A stretch of 64,000 nucleotides of DNA from an uncultured Planctomycetaceae bacterium (GCA_963813715.1 CAWFAK010000002.1:64001-128000); one strand, 5' to 3'. Counted from the first letter of the stretch, positions 33,536-46,468 are shown. Translations and numbers: made by a program. Notes: generated by a model from the sequence alone, not told the origin.

Positions 33536-34846
33536 CCGAGGTTCCAGCTGGGAAGACGTGGCCCGCGCCTCGCGCGGGGCCGACTCGCGCTCGCGCCAGC
33601 GCAGAATTGCGTTCTCGCGCTCGACCCGCGTCTGCACGAAGAGCCGCCGCCACAGCCGTTCCTGCGCGGGCGTAAGTTCGCAGTTGCGCCGCTCCATCGC
33701 GGCCCGGGCCGTCCGCAGCGTCCGCTCGAGATCCATGCCTTCGGTCAGTTCGCCGCGCACGACCTTGCAGAACGAGGGGACGTGTTTGGGCGCGAGTTGG
33801 CCGTCCGGCAGAATCATCGACATCGCGCCGATCGATGTGCCCGTGTTCAGCAGCGTGCCGATCGACGTCTTGGCGTGGTCGGCGATGAACGCCCCCATTT
33901 TGGTCAGTCCCGTGTCGAGCGATTCGCCGCGGACGGGCACGCGGACGTGCGAGTAGTCGTTCTTGAGGTCGCTGTTCGTGGTGAGCGCCCCCAGGTTGAC
34001 CCACGGGCAGATGTAACTGTGGCCCAAGAAGCCGGCGTGATACTTGTTCGCGTAGCCGTGCAGGATCGACGACTCGACCTCGCCGCCGACGCGGCAATAG
34101 GGGCCGATGGTCGACCCGCCGCGGACGTTCGCACCGTAGAGCCGCGCTCCGCGATCGATGTGGCACGGACCGGCGACCCGCGTGAAGGCTTCGAGCACCG
34201 CTCCCGGGCCGATCGTGATCGGTCCCTCACTCGCATCGAGCACGACGAACGGCTCGATCCGCGCGGCCGGAGCGATGTGAAAGTTGTCGCTCGGACCCAG
34301 CGTCGCCACCTGCGGCTGCAGCGCGAAGGCGTGCCGTTGGCCGATCAGACGAAAATCCTCGCGCAGCATCTCGGCGTTCTGCCGAACGACGTCCCAGGGG
34401 AACTCGAGAAACATGCCGCGGGCGTTGACGGCCGGCTGCGTCTCAGCCAAGAGCGAGAGTGACTGCTCCCAGCCGGTGCGGATGACCAGCTCGGCATCGA
34501 ACGGTTCGAGGGTGAAAAAGGCGGCCTGGCCGCCGCAGATGCCAGCCGGCTCGTGCGTCAATTCGTCGCGCAGAGCGTCGGCCGTTGGCAGCCAGCGACC
34601 GTTGATGATGAGAGTCGGTGCCGCGGCGAGCCAGGCAAAATCGTTGACGTGCGCTTCGGGATGTTCTTCGCGATATGCGTCGGCCAGATGGTCGCGCACG
34701 AATGCCCCCCACTCGCTCACGCCGCAGTTCCGCACAATCCGTTCGCGGAGCGAATACTGCCCGCAGACCAGCTCGAAAACCGGTCGAGCGAGCGTCAGCG
34801 GGTGCAGGTTGACCGCATTCGGATCTTCGACGAAGGCAACGCGCAT
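33532..34846 (-). CDS. GlmU-like putative sugar nucleotidyltransferase/acetyltransferase (NTP_transf_4 + left-handed beta-helix); 3' end uncertain
   Basis: NLHPLTLARPVFELVCG, INGRW, VGGEVESSI, NKYHAGFLGHSYICPWVNLGALTTNSDLKNDY, KMGAFIADHAKTSIG. Confidence 0.85.
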
Positions 34847-35159
34847 GCCAGGGTCCAACCGGGAGCGCCAGGGGAGATGCTGAACGCGCGGCGACTATAT
34901 CTCTTCCCCTACTTTGATGATAGACGCGTCCGGCGGTCGGCCAAGTGGCAGCCAGCACGGGCCGCCGTTTTCTTCACGGGCGGCGCCAGGCGGTCTCGTT
35001 GTCGCGATGGTCGCCGCGAACTAGAATCACCCAGCGATCGAGGACTCGGCCCCCGGCTTTACCCGCGTGCGGTCCGAGCGCGTTTGCCTCGATACAATTT
35101 CCGTCGTCGCACCGCGACACTGTTGCGCTGTCTTTTCGTCGTGCAGAGGAGCCCGAACT

Positions 35160-36179
35160 GTGGCTGTCCGTGTTGGGATCAATGGATTTGGACGCATCGG
35201 AAGAATCACGTTTCGCGCTCTGGCCGCCCGGCCGAAAGAGTTCGAGGTGGTCGCCATCAACGACTTGGGCGACCCCAAAGCGCTGGCGATGCTGCTCAAG
35301 TACGACAGCGTGCAGGGGCGTTTCCCCGGCACGATCGAGGTCGAGGGGAACAACCTGATCGTCGACGGCAAAACCGTCCGCGTCTGTGCCGAGAAAGACC
35401 CCTCGAAGCTTCCCTGGAAAGAGCTGTCGGTCGACGTGGCGCTGGAGTCGACGGGGTTCTTCACGGGCCGCAAGAAGGACGGCAAACCGGGCTACGACAG
35501 CCATCTCGACGCCGGCGCCCGCAAGGTGGTCCTGTCGGCTCCCGCCAAGGACACGCCCGACCTGACCGTGGTATTAGGGGTCAACGACCGCGAGCTGACC
35601 GCCGCACATAAATGCGTGTCGAATGCCAGCTGCACGACCAACTGCCTGGCCCCGATGGCGAAGGTCCTGCACGAGGCTTTTGGCATCGAGCAAGGACTGA
35701 TGACGACCGTCCACGCTTACACGAACGATCAGCGGGTCTCCGACCAGCTCCACTCCGATCCGCACCGGGCCCGCGCGGCCGGCCTCAACATCATTCCCAC
35801 CTCAACTGGGGCGGCCAAAGCGGTCGGGCTGGTCCTCCCCGACCTGAAGGGGAAGCTGACCGGAATTTCGCTCCGCGTTCCGGTCCCGGCCGGAAGCATT
35901 ACCGACCTCGTGGCTACCCTGAAGAAGGACGTCACGGTGCAGGACGTCAATGCGGCCATGAAGGCGGCCGCCGCCGGGCCGCTCAAGGGCATCCTGGAAT
36001 ACACGGAAGACCCGATCGTCTCCAGCGACGTCATCGGCAGCCCGTCCAGCTGCATTTTCGACTCGAGTTGGACGACGGTCATCGGCACCCGAATGATCAA
36101 AGTCCTCGGCTGGTACGACAACGAATACGGCTATTCGAATCGAACGGCAGACATCATCGCCCGGGTGGCCGCGCTCTAA
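35160..36179 (+). CDS. gap: Glyceraldehyde-3-phosphate dehydrogenase, type I
   Basis: [54 protein letters not shown] before the GTG. Confidence 0.98.
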   Translation: MAVRVGINGFGRIGRITFRALAARPKEFEVVAINDLGDPKALAMLLKYDSVQGRFPGTIEVEGNNLIVDGKTVRVCAEKDPSKLPWKELSVDVALESTGFFTGRKKDGKPGYDSHLDAGARKVVLSAPAKDTPDLTVVLGVNDRELTAAHKCVSNASCTTNCLAPMAKVLHEAFGIEQGLMTTVHAYTNDQRVSDQLHSDPHRARAAGLNIIPTSTGAAKAVGLVLPDLKGKLTGISLRVPVPAGSITDLVATLKKDVTVQDVNAAMKAAAAGPLKGILEYTEDPIVSSDVIGSPSSCIFDSSWTTVIGTRMIKVLGWYDNEYGYSNRTADIIARVAAL

Positions 36180-36430
36180 GCGTATTGACCGGCGGAGAGT
36201 TTTTCGCCGCAAGAGATTACGTCCGATGACTTTATGGATGTCGTGCCCGCGGCCCTCTGCTGGGGCCGGCCGGCAGTTCCACTGGACTGCTCGGCACGTC
36301 TCGACCACAATAGGGTTTCCGCGGCTTTGACGGCCGCGCCTCGCCGCTTGGCTCTAACGGGGTAGCGCCCCGTCGCGAGCGAAACCGTCCGGCCGGATTG
36401 AACGCCGAGTTGAGGACGACTCCCATTCCG

Positions 36431-37138
36431 ATGAGCCGACAAGGCCTGCTCGAACACGTCGCGGGCTCGATCCCGCTGATCGCCCCGTCGATGCTCAAGT
36501 GCGACTTCGGCAACCTCCATCGCGAGGTGGACCTGCTGGAAGCGGGCGGAGCCAGAATCCTGCACATGGACGTCATGGACGGGCATTTCGTCCCCAACCT
36601 GAGCTACGGAGCGATGGTCATCGAACGGGTGCGAGAGCTGACCGAGCTGCCGTTCGAGGCTCACTTGATGATTTCGGATCCGGCCCGCTACCTCGACGAC
36701 TTCCTCAAGGCGGGCTGCAACCTGCTGACAATTCACTTGGAGGCCGTGCCCGAGCCGCGTCCGTTACTTGCCCGCATTCGGGAGCACGGCGCTCTGGCCG
36801 GTTTGGCGATCAATCCGAAAACGCCCGTCGAATCGCTCGAGTCGTTCCTGGATGCCTTCGATGTGGCCCTGGTGATGAGCGTCGAGCCCGGTTTCGGCGG
36901 CCAGAAGTTTATGCCCAGCGCACTCGACAAGCTCCGCTGGCTCAAGTCGCGGCTGAAGCCGGGGACCTTTGCCTCGGTGGACGGCGGCATCGACCTGGAG
37001 ACCATCGGCGACGTCGCGGCCGCGGGAGCGAACATTTTTGTCACAGGCAGCGCGATCTTCGAGGCCGGCGATTACGGCCACGCCATGACCGAATTGGCCG
37101 ACCGGGCCAAAGCCGCCGCGGCCGCCAAGCCTCGCTGA
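36431..37138 (+). CDS. rpe: Ribulose-phosphate 3-epimerase
   Basis: [53 protein letters not shown]. Confidence 0.97.
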   Translation: MSRQGLLEHVAGSIPLIAPSMLKCDFGNLHREVDLLEAGGARILHMDVMDGHFVPNLSYGAMVIERVRELTELPFEAHLMISDPARYLDDFLKAGCNLLTIHLEAVPEPRPLLARIREHGALAGLAINPKTPVESLESFLDAFDVALVMSVEPGFGGQKFMPSALDKLRWLKSRLKPGTFASVDGGIDLETIGDVAAAGANIFVTGSAIFEAGDYGHAMTELADRAKAAAAAKPR

Positions 37139-37152
37139 GGAATCCCCCGTCC

Positions 37153-38026
37153 ATGCCAGACGTCGTTTTAATCCGTCCCGGATGCACCGATTTCGACGAG
37201 CAAAATCGCATCCAGGGCGTGCTCGATCTGCCGCTGAACCACCGCGGCCATGCGCAAGTGCTGGGCTTGGTGGCGCAGCTGCAGGAGGTCGAGTTCGACG
37301 TCGTTTTCACGGCTCCCGGCGAGCCGGCCCGCTCCACCGCGCTAGCCATCTGCGAGCAAAACGGGGCCTCGCTCAAAGAAGTGGACGATTTCCGCAACCT
37401 CGACCACGGTCTGTGGCAGGGGCTGCCGGTCGACGACGTGCGGCGGAAATACCCCAAAGTCTTCAAGCAGTGGCAGGAATCGCCCGAAACCGTCCGCCTG
37501 CCCGAGGGGGAAACGGTGGCCGAGGCGGTCGAGCGGATTCGCCGCGGCCTCCGCAAGTGTCTCAAGCGCAAACGCACGATCGGCATCGTGGCGTCGGAGC
37601 CACTGGCGACGATGATCAGCTGCGTGCTACGCGGCCAGCGCCCGTCGTTCCCGGAATCGTGCGACCGCAAGTCGCTGCGGCCGACAATCGAGCGGATCTC
37701 GCTAGCCACGGCCGCGCTGCCCGAAGCCGACTCGGTTCCGTCGAACGGAAAGACCGCGACAGGTCGAGCCGCCGCCGCCTCGCCGACCAACGGCAAGCCG
37801 ACCAATGGCAAGTCACTCGCCAACGGCGCAGTCTCCGAACGGCACCGCGTCAGCGAACGGGGCGCCGCCCACGAACGCGGCGCCGTCCGCAAACGGGCGC
37901 TCCGTCACGCTTCCCAAGTCACGGAAAGACAACGGAAACGGGAAAGACGCCGGAAATGGAAACGGCACGAGTTCGGCCGCGGGAACCGGGCCGGCCTCGA
38001 CCTCCAAACGGGGGACTCACGAATGA
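37153..38026 (+). CDS. Histidine phosphatase (PGAM-like) fold protein lacking catalytic His residues, with an NG-repeat disordered tail (frameshift near 37835)
   Basis: [35 protein letters not shown]; stop overlaps the accD ATG (ATGA at 38023-38026). Confidence 0.8.
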
Positions 38027-38880
38027 GTACCGTCGACAATCCGAATCTTGAAGGGACCGAGGCGATGCCGCGGCAGCGTCCGAAGCGCGGCGTGCCGGAA
38101 GGCCTGTGGATTGGGTGCGACGGCTGCGGAGCGAGCGTCTTTCGCAAAACGGTCGACGAGAAGCTGGGCCTGTGCCCCGAGTGCGGCCATCACTTTTATA
38201 TTTCGGCGCGAACCCGCATCAAGCAGCTGTTGGACGAGGACAGCTTTGAAGAGTGGTTCGCCAACATGGCGCCGCTGGACCCGCTGGGCTTCGTCGACAA
38301 AAAGCCTTACAGCGAACGGCTTGCCCAGGAGCAGGCGCGAACTGGACTCTTGGACGCCTGCGTGGCCGGAAGAGGCTATCTCCGCGGTCGGTCGCTGGTC
38401 TTTGCCGCCACCGATTCGGCGTTCATCATGGGAAGCATGGGGTCGGTCGTCGGCGAAAAGCTGACCCGCGCCATCGAGGCCGCCACCGAGCTGCATCTGC
38501 CGCTGGTAATCGTCAGCGGCTCGGGCGGCGGGGCCCGGATGCACGAGGGAATTCTGTCGCTGATGCAGATGGCCAAGGTCTCCGCGGCCATCGCCCGCTA
38601 CCAGCGCGACAGTGGACTCTTTATTTCTGTGCTCACGAACCCGACAATGGGAGGAGTGGCCGCCAGCTTCGCGGCGCTCGGCGATGTGATCCTGGCCGAG
38701 CCCAAGGCGCTGATCGGTTTTGCCGGTCCGCGCGTGGTCGAGGCCACGGTCAAAATCTCGCTCCCGAAAGGCTTTCAAACGAGTGAGTTTTTGCTGGAGC
38801 ACGGGTTTATCGATCGGATCGTGCCGCGACCACAGTTGGGCGTGGAGATCGCCCGCCTGATCGACTACTGCTCGATGTGA
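38023..38880 (+). CDS. accD: Acetyl-CoA carboxylase carboxyltransferase beta subunit
   Basis: [11 protein letters not shown]...CPECGHH zinc finger, [50 protein letters not shown]. Confidence 0.97.
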   Translation: MSTVDNPNLEGTEAMPRQRPKRGVPEGLWIGCDGCGASVFRKTVDEKLGLCPECGHHFYISARTRIKQLLDEDSFEEWFANMAPLDPLGFVDKKPYSERLAQEQARTGLLDACVAGRGYLRGRSLVFAATDSAFIMGSMGSVVGEKLTRAIEAATELHLPLVIVSGSGGGARMHEGILSLMQMAKVSAAIARYQRDSGLFISVLTNPTMGGVAASFAALGDVILAEPKALIGFAGPRVVEATVKISLPKGFQTSEFLLEHGFIDRIVPRPQLGVEIARLIDYCSM

Positions 38881-38886
38881 GCGGAC

Positions 38887-39855
38887 ATGGGTTTTCTGCG
38901 GTCCTTTTTTGGCGGCAAACGACGCGCGGCCAATCCGCGTGTCGACGTGTCGCAGCGGTTCGACCGGGTTAGCCGCTTGGGCACCGGCAGCATGTCCAAG
39001 GTTTGGCGGGCCGTTGACCGCAAGTCGGGGCAGGTCGTCGCGCTCAAGATCCTCGATCGCGACAAGACGGCCCGTTACGAGGCCCGCTTCACCGACCGGG
39101 TGAAGCCGACCGAAGGACAGGTCGCGTCGCAGCTGTCGCACCGGCACATTGTGAAGACGTTCGAGCACGGCGTCACGACCGACGGTGAGCAGTTCCTCGT
39201 GATGGAGCTGGTCGAGGGGATCGGCCTCGCCTATCTGGTCGACGTGCAGAACGAGACCATGCGCGAGCATCGGCTGCGGGTGATGGTCGAGCTGGGCGAA
39301 GCCATCGAGTATCTCCACAAGGAAAAGTGGATCCACCGCGATCTGTGTCCCCGCAATGTCCTGCTCGACAAGCAACACTGCACCAAGCTGATCGACTTCG
39401 GCCTGGTTGTCCCCAACACGCGGGCCTTCCAGGAGCCGGGCAATCGCACGGGCACCGCCAACTACATGGCGCCCGAGCTGATCAAGCGGCAGCGGACGGA
39501 CCAGCGGATCGACATCTTTTCATTTGCGGTCACTTGCTACGAGATGTACTGCAAGACGCTGCCGTGGCCGTCGGATAACGGCGCCTCGCTCGAAATGATG
39601 CTCAAGCGGATCAACACGAAGCCGCGGGACATCCGCGAGCTGGTCCCGAACCTCGACGAGCAGATCGCGAGCGCCATCATGCGCGGGCTGGAGGCCGAGC
39701 CGCAGAATCGCTGGCAAAACGCGAGCGAAATGGTCTCGGAGCTGCGCGTCGCTTTGCACCGGCTCCAGCCGCCGCCCAAACCCGAAGAGACCAAGAAGCG
39801 TACCAAGAAACGCAAAGACGCGTTTTCCGACAAATGGCAGTTTAAAACGCAGTGA
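38887..39855 (+). CDS. Cytoplasmic Ser/Thr protein kinase
   Basis: [34 protein letters not shown]; no TM segment. Confidence 0.93.
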   Translation: MGFLRSFFGGKRRAANPRVDVSQRFDRVSRLGTGSMSKVWRAVDRKSGQVVALKILDRDKTARYEARFTDRVKPTEGQVASQLSHRHIVKTFEHGVTTDGEQFLVMELVEGIGLAYLVDVQNETMREHRLRVMVELGEAIEYLHKEKWIHRDLCPRNVLLDKQHCTKLIDFGLVVPNTRAFQEPGNRTGTANYMAPELIKRQRTDQRIDIFSFAVTCYEMYCKTLPWPSDNGASLEMMLKRINTKPRDIRELVPNLDEQIASAIMRGLEAEPQNRWQNASEMVSELRVALHRLQPPPKPEETKKRTKKRKDAFSDKWQFKTQ

Positions 39856-41923
39856 GCGTGGCACGGACTGCCGCGACCGGACGGCTGCGCGACCTCAACG
39901 AACGGCAGCGAGAGGCCGTCCTCACCTTGTCCGGGCCAGTCCTGGTCCTGGCCGGCGCCGGCACGGGAAAGACGCGGGTCATCACCTACCGCACGGCGGA
40001 GCTGATTCGCCGCGGCACGCCGCCCGATCGGATTCTCTCGGTCACCTTCACGAACAAGGCGGCCCGCGAGATGCAACAGCGGACGGCCGCCCTGCTCGGC
40101 CGGGCCCGCGCGGAGTCGCGCGGCCGCTCGTCACTACGTTTCACTCGCTCTGCGTGCGAATCCTGCGACAGGACGCCACGCATCTCGGCTATCCGGCCAA
40201 CTTCTCAATATTCGATCGCAGCGACCAGGAATCGGCCGCGCGGGCCGCGCTCCGCGAAATTCGCGTCAGCGACAAAACACTGCGCCCGGGCGACCTGGTC
40301 AGCCGCATCAGCCGCTGGAAATCGGCCGGCATCGCCCCGCAGCGGGCGATTGACTTCGTCGAAAACGATCTCGACATGCTGGCGGCGTCCGCCTATCGCC
40401 GCTACCAGCAGGCGATCAAGAGTCGCGGCGGCGTCGACTTCGACGACTTGCTCCTGCTCACGCATCGCCTGTTCGAGGAGTTTCCGGACGTGCTGGCTCG
40501 CCACCAGCGCCGCTTCGATCACGTGCAGATCGACGAATACCAGGACACCAACGGCACGCAGTTCGCGCTGGCCGAAGCGCTCGTGCGGCCGCACCGCTCG
40601 CTCTGCGTCGTCGGCGACGACGACCAGTCGATCTACGGCTGGCGCGGGGCGGAAGTGCGGCACATCCTCGAGTTTCAGAACATTTTTCCCGGCACTCGGG
40701 TCATCCGCCTCGAGCAGAACTATCGCTCGAATCCGGCCATCTTGGAGATCGCGAACCGTCTCGCCGCGAACAATCCGGGTCGCCACGCCAAGCGGCTGGA
40801 GGCCTGCCGTCCCCCGGGCAGCGCGGTTCGCTTTCGTGGCTTCGAGGACGAGCAGGCCGAGGCGGCCGCTGTGGTGGCCGAGATCGCCGGACTGGTGGCC
40901 GGCGGCACCACGCCGGGCGAGGTGGCGATTTTGTTTCGCACCAACGAGCAGCCGCGACTGTTCGAGTCCGAGCTGCGCCGCCGCCGCTTGCCGTACGTTG
41001 TGATCGGCGGCCAATCGTTCTTCGATCGCAAGGAAATTCGCGACTTGCTGGCTTATCTCAAGGTGATCTCGCGGACCGACGACGAGCAGTCGCTCTTGCG
41101 GATCATCAACACGCCGCCGCGCGGGATCGGCGACGCGGCCGTCGAAAAACTGACGATGCAGGCCGTCCGCAGCGGCCGCACCGTCTGGGACGTGATCACG
41201 CGGGCGGAGGGAATGGTCGACCCGGACGGGAATCTCGTGGTGAGCGGCGAACGTCCCGAAATGTCGGTCAAAGCGGCCGCTGGCGTCGCCGAGCTGCGAA
41301 GTGTGATCGAACGCTTTCGCGACGAGTTTGCAGCGCTCGCACAGCCGTTGCCCGACCTCTTTCAAAAACTGGTCGAGGAGATTCGCTACGAAGCCGAAAT
41401 CGAGCGGCTCAATCCCGAGCCCGAACAGCAGCTCACGCGAAAGGCGGCTCTCGACCAGCTCCGCGAGTCGATCAAGATTTACTCCGACCGCGCGGAGACG
41501 GTGTCGCTTGCCGGATTTTTGGAGGACTGCGCCCTGGCCGGCCGCGACGAGGAAGACGACTCGGAGCGCGAACGGAGCGGCGTCGTCCGTTTGATGACCT
41601 TGCACAGCGCCAAGGGGCTCGAGTTCCCGCGCGTCTATCTCGTCGGTCTGGAAGAGGGATTGTTGCCGCACCGGCGTTCGCTCGAAGATCCCGACTCCCC
41701 TTCCCTGCCGGAAGAGCGCCGGCTGGCTTACGTCGGCGTGACACGGGCGATGAACGATCTGACGATCAGCTGGGCCGAGAGCCGTATGAAATGGGGCAAA
41801 CGGCAGCCCACGCTTGTCTCCCGCTTCGTCGCCGAAATGCGGGCGGACGATGCCGAGGAAGACGATGCCGACGAGGGTGATCAGGGCGGACGACGCGGGC
41901 CACGGCGACGCCGATGGACGTGA
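39852..41923 (+). CDS. UvrD/Rep/PcrA family SF1 DNA helicase (frameshift near 40110)
   Basis: [79 protein letters not shown]. Confidence 0.95.
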
Positions 41924-42673
41924 ATCCGGCGACGCCGATCGCGAAGCCAACTCATGACCGGCGCGACCTGGCGAGATTCGACCCGCCGTCGGCCCTCGTG
42001 CTGGGCATCGAAACGTCCGGCCTGGCGGGGGGAATTGCGCTCTTCCGGGGTGACCACTGTCTGGGCGACGTGCAGCTTGAAGAGGCCCCACGGCGGCACG
42101 CGCAGACGCTCGTCGCGCAGATCGGCACGCTTGTTGGCGGGGCCGGCTGTCGGGTGCGCGATCTTTCGGCGGTCGCCGTCAGCATCGGACCGGGAAGTTT
42201 TACCGGGCTGCGGGTCGGTGTCGTCTGCGCGAAAACGCTGGCCTATGCGACGGGCTGTCGACTGGCCGCCGTCGATACGCTGCGAGCGATCGCGGCCAAC
42301 AGTCCGGCCGACGTCGCCCGCGTACACGTGCTGGCCGACGCGCTTCGCGGCGATGCTTACGTCGCCAGTTACCAGCGAATTGACGAGCACGTGGATCGCC
42401 CAAGAGCCACCGGCCCTTGCGGCCGCCGCGGCGTGGCTGGCCGAGCGCGGACCCGGTGACGTGCTTTCCGGACCAGGGCTGGCGGTCTACGCCGCCAATA
42501 TTTCTCCTGCGTGCCGACAACTGCCGGCCGACTGCTGGACACCTCGCGCCCGCGTCGTCGCCCAATTGGGGCTCGAACAGCTGGCCCGCGGGCAGGCGGC
42601 CGATTGCGCGACTCTCGTCCCGTTTTATCTCCGCCGTAGTGCGGCCGAGGAACGGAAGATGCGGGCCGAATAA
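41914..42673 (+). CDS. tsaB: tRNA threonylcarbamoyladenosine biosynthesis protein TsaB (frameshift near 42390)
   Basis: VLGIETSG, AVSIGPGSFTGLRVG...KTLAYA, C-terminal LVPFYLRRSAAEE. Confidence 0.93.
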
Positions 42674-42842
42674 CGCTCGACTTCCTTGCCCGCTGCCGCG
42701 CCGTGTGATGGATCAGTTTTCCGGCGCGCGATATAATCGCCTGCGGTTGGAGGGGAGCGGGCGGGCGAAAAACGATTGACGCTCACCGCAGGCGAGCCCG
42801 TCGCGGGCGAATCCCGCGGGGGTGCAGGAGAGAGGACGTCGT

Positions 42843-43166
42843 ATGGCGCTGTACGAGATCGAGACGACCCAGCACATCATGATCGGCTGGGCGGATTCTC
42901 CCCAGCAGGCCCGAGAAATCGCCGGCCAGCACTACCCTCATGAAGACGTCGTGCGGCTCACCAAGCGGCCCCGAGACATCTGGGTGATCTCCAAGGGGAT
43001 GCTCGGCGTCAAAGGGACCAGCGAGCCCAACGACGCGGCCCGCGACTGCCTGGCCCGCGCCAAGGGGGACAAGGTCCACGCGATCCGGCTGTACATGCTG
43101 GATACCGGGGCCGACCTCCATGAAGCGCAGCGCGCCATCGAAACCAACATGTCGCTCGGCTGGTAA
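42843..43166 (+). CDS. Small conserved planctomycete protein (DUF6793-like)
   Basis: MALYEIETTQHIMIGWA...KRPRDIWVISK...ARDCL..AKGDKVHAIRLYM; GAGAGGA RBS; TATAAT at 42732-42737 upstream. Confidence 0.75.
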   Translation: MALYEIETTQHIMIGWADSPQQAREIAGQHYPHEDVVRLTKRPRDIWVISKGMLGVKGTSEPNDAARDCLARAKGDKVHAIRLYMLDTGADLHEAQRAIETNMSLGW

Positions 43167-43384
43167 CGACGGCTGCCCGACGCCCGCCCGCCTCGGCTAC
43201 CCTTTTCGGCCGCCTCATTTTGGCTGCCCCGCTGCCCGCTCACGCTGCCCTCGCCTTGGAGCGGCGCCAAGCGACGTTCGGGCCCTCGCTTTACCCCCTC
43301 ACTCAAACGCGTTGTAATTGAGCGAACGCGTATTATCCCTCCCGCTTTCCGTCGTTCCCCACCGCTTGAGCCAGGAACTTCAAC

Positions 43385-43792
43385 ATGACGCTGCGGAATC
43401 TGCTCGTGAGTGCGATGGTGCTTGGTGCCGGCCTGTCGTCCGGTGAAATCCCTTCGGCCAAGGCCGACGACATGGTCTACGAGCTGCGGACCTACACAGC
43501 CAGTCCCGGCAAAATGCCCGAGCTGCAGAAGCGGTTCCGCGATCACACGATCCGCATCTTCGAGAAGCACGGCATCAAGAGCATCGGCTACTGGGTCCCC
43601 GAGAAGCAGCCCGACACGCTGATTTATCTCGTCGTTCACCAAAGCCGCAAAGCGGCCGACAAGTCGTGGGCCGCGTTCATCGCCGATCCGGAATGGCAGA
43701 AGGTCTTCCGAGAGTCGCAAAAGAACGGTTCCCTGACCAAGAAGGTGGAGCGGGTCTACCTCAATCCGACCGATTTTTCCCCGCTCAAGTAG
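43385..43792 (+). CDS. NIPSNAP family protein, secreted
   Basis: Signal peptide, then VYELRTY..PGK, RFRDHT..IFEKHGIKSIGYW, WAAFIADPEW, LNPTDFSP. Confidence 0.93.
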   Translation: MTLRNLLVSAMVLGAGLSSGEIPSAKADDMVYELRTYTASPGKMPELQKRFRDHTIRIFEKHGIKSIGYWVPEKQPDTLIYLVVHQSRKAADKSWAAFIADPEWQKVFRESQKNGSLTKKVERVYLNPTDFSPLK

Positions 43793-43801
43793 CGAACGCC
43801 G

Positions 43802-44910
43802 ATGGCCGACGTGATCCCCGAGACGACGCACGCGACGCCCACCCTGGCCTGGATCGGCGGAGTGGGCGGCTCGCTGCGGATCATCGACCAGACCTTGCTG
43901 CCGGGCGAGCTGCGGCTCATCGATCTGGCGACGCCCGAGCAGGTCTGGGAGGCGATCCGCGTGCTGCGTGTCCGCGGCGCACCGGCGATCGGCGTCGCGG
44001 CCGCTTACGGCGTCGTGATCGGCCTGCAGACGGTGCTCGAGGCGTCCCGACCTGACTTCGATCGGCGTCTCGCTGAAGTGGCCGAGTATTTAAACGGCAG
44101 CCGGCCGACGGCCGTCAATCTGGCCTGGGCGCTGGCCCGCATGCTGGACGTCGCCGCGTCGCTGCCGGAGTTGCCGCGGCTCAGATGGCCGCCCGACTGT
44201 TGGAGGAAGCGCGGCAGATCGAAGCGGAAGACCGCGAGATGTGTGCCGCCATCGGCCGCGCGGGGGCCGACCTCCTGGCCGACGGCACGGGCGTGCTGAC
44301 GCACTGCAATGCGGGAGCCTTGGCGACTGCGGGCGACGGCACCGCGCTCGCCGTGATCTATGCCGCTGTGCGCCAGGGGAAACGGCTCCAGGTGTTTGCC
44401 GATGAAACGCGGCCCCTCCTGCAAGGGGCGCGGCTGACTGCTTGGGAGCTGACCGAGCGCGGCATCCCCGTGACTCTGCTCTGCGATTCGGCCGCCGGCT
44501 GGATCATGCACGAAGGGCGCATTCAGGCCGTCGTCACTGGGGCCGACCGGATTGCCGCCAACGGCGACACGGCCAATAAGATCGGCACGTATTCTGTCGC
44601 GCACCTCGCCCGAGCGCACGGCATCCCGTTTTACGTCGCGGCTCCCACCAGCACGTTCGACCTGAGTGCCTTCGACGGTCGCAGCATTCCGATCGAGGAA
44701 CGCGCGGCCAGCGAAGTCACTCATCCGTTCGAGCGGCAGACGGCGCCCGTCGCGATCACTGCCCGCAATCCGGCCTTCGACGTGACGCCCGCCGAGCTGA
44801 TTACGGCACTGATCACCGAACGCGGCTTGATTCAACCGGTCAATCGCGACACCATTCGCGCCGTCGTCGGCCGCCCCGATCCGCGGCCCCGGAGCTTGAT
44901 CGGCACATGA
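43802..44910 (+). CDS. mtnA: S-methyl-5-thioribose-1-phosphate isomerase (frameshift near 44180)
   Basis: [84 protein letters not shown]. Confidence 0.96.
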
Positions 44911-46433
44911 ACTTCGCGCTGATCGGCGACGACCCGGAAATCCTGCCGCTCGTAAGCGCGATCGCCGCCCGACCCACGAACCGTCTCGAGTGCGCGGCCC
45001 TGGTGGGCGAACTCGCTTCGGAGCTGCGCTCGATCGCTCCCGCCATCCGCCTGCTGCCCCGCTGGGACGCAATTTTGACGGCCGGACAGATCGACGCCGT
45101 GCTCGTCTGCGGCAGCGACGACGCCATCCTCGAGGCGGCCCGGCAGTTAGCGGCCGCCGGCAATCCTCTCATGATCTTGCCGCGAAGCGCGCAGGGTTCG
45201 ACCTGGATTTACGAACTCTCGCTGATTCGCGACGAAGGGAACGCCTGGATCGTGCCGATTTTTGTCGATCGCGCGCTGCCGGGTTTCGAGCGGATTCTCG
45301 CCGCGCTTGACGCCGGCGCGCTGGGACGGCCGCTTTACTTGCGGATCGACCGCGAAATGCAGACGGCCGCCGACACCGGGCATCCCGGGCTGTCCAAAGT
45401 CGCGCTGGAAGATGCCCTGCTCCACGATGCCGACTTGCTGCGGAGCTTGGGCGGCGATTACAGCCGAGTCACCGCCGGTCTCTCGGGAGCCGTCGACGAT
45501 CGCGTGGCGGCCGCGGCGATTACCCTCTCGGGCGAGGGGCTGCCGGAGGCGACCTGGATGGTCCGCGGCACGACGAGCCCGTCTCGTTTCAATCTGGTCA
45601 TTGCCGGCGAACGCGGCGAAATTGCCGTGACCGCAGCGAGCGATCCGCCGGCCTGGTCGGTGCGGACCGAGCGAGTCACGCTGCCGGACTTCGACGAATC
45701 GCTCTGGACCGACGACGGCTCGGCCGCCTTGGACTCGATCGAGCGACTGTTGGCTCGCCGAGCGGAGGGAAATCGACCCGCCGTTTCCTCGTCCGCCAAC
45801 TTGCGCGCGTCGCATTCAGATCGCTCGGACGCAGCCGCCTGGACTGATCTGGTCCGTGCGTTCGAGGTGGTCGATGCGGCCCGCGTGTCAGTTCGCCGCC
45901 GGCGGGCCATCGATCTGCACTCGGAAACAGCGTCCGAACGCAATCTCTTCAAATCGCAGATGACGGCCCTCGGGTGTCTCACGCTGACGCTGACGCTCGT
46001 CGGCGTGTTGTTCCTGCTCTTGCTCATGCCGATGCTCGACGCCCGCAGCCGCGACCAGATCGAAGCCGAGCGGGCGGGCTCGATCGTGCGCCGCGACGAG
46101 TTCAAGCCGCAAAGCGCGGAGCTGAACGAGTCGGGAATCGAACATCTTCACCGCCTGGTGCCCCCGATGGGCGGCACCCGATTCCCCGTGCTCGTCGAGA
46201 CAGCGCCCTCGTCGGACGATCGGGCCCTCAATGAGAAGCGCCACGACGTCGTGGTCGACACGCTCAAGAAGCTGGGTGTCAACGACGCGGCCCAGCGGAC
46301 GCAGGTCGTGCCGATCGTCGGCGAATGGTATCCGCAGGCGCTCCGCTTCGTGCGGGTGCTGGTGTTTGCGCCGCTCGCCCTGTTTCTCGTGCTGCAGTTC
46401 TTCGTCTTCCTCACGCGGCCGGGGGCACGCTAA
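44907..46433 (+). CDS. Degenerate Gfo/Idh/MocA-like protein with a C-terminal TM - OmpA/CpaD-like domain - TM module
   Basis: [52 protein letters not shown]1 [21 protein letters not shown]2 [19 protein letters not shown]. Start overlaps the mtnA stop. Confidence 0.75.
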   Translation: MNFALIGDDPEILPLVSAIAARPTNRLECAALVGELASELRSIAPAIRLLPRWDAILTAGQIDAVLVCGSDDAILEAARQLAAAGNPLMILPRSAQGSTWIYELSLIRDEGNAWIVPIFVDRALPGFERILAALDAGALGRPLYLRIDREMQTAADTGHPGLSKVALEDALLHDADLLRSLGGDYSRVTAGLSGAVDDRVAAAAITLSGEGLPEATWMVRGTTSPSRFNLVIAGERGEIAVTAASDPPAWSVRTERVTLPDFDESLWTDDGSAALDSIERLLARRAEGNRPAVSSSANLRASHSDRSDAAAWTDLVRAFEVVDAARVSVRRRRAIDLHSETASERNLFKSQMTALGCLTLTLTLVGVLFLLLLMPMLDARSRDQIEAERAGSIVRRDEFKPQSAELNESGIEHLHRLVPPMGGTRFPVLVETAPSSDDRALNEKRHDVVVDTLKKLGVNDAAQRTQVVPIVGEWYPQALRFVRVLVFAPLALFLVLQFFVFLTRPGAR

Positions 46434-46468
46434 AGAGCGAATGACGAAAGAAGCACGAAGCGCAAAGG

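Noticed and set aside
36499..38880. 793-aa ORF suggesting a phosphatase-AccD fusion
   Set aside because: Its N-terminus is an off-frame shadow of rpe. The join to accD is best explained by one indel near 37835, since the alternative frame ends in a TGA overlapping the accD ATG.
40205..42091. Long antisense ORFs (e.g. 628 aa opposite the helicase, 472 aa at 23882..25300, 453 aa at 38017..39378)
   Set aside because: These are typical stop-poor shadow frames of high-GC coding sequence lying opposite well-supported genes.
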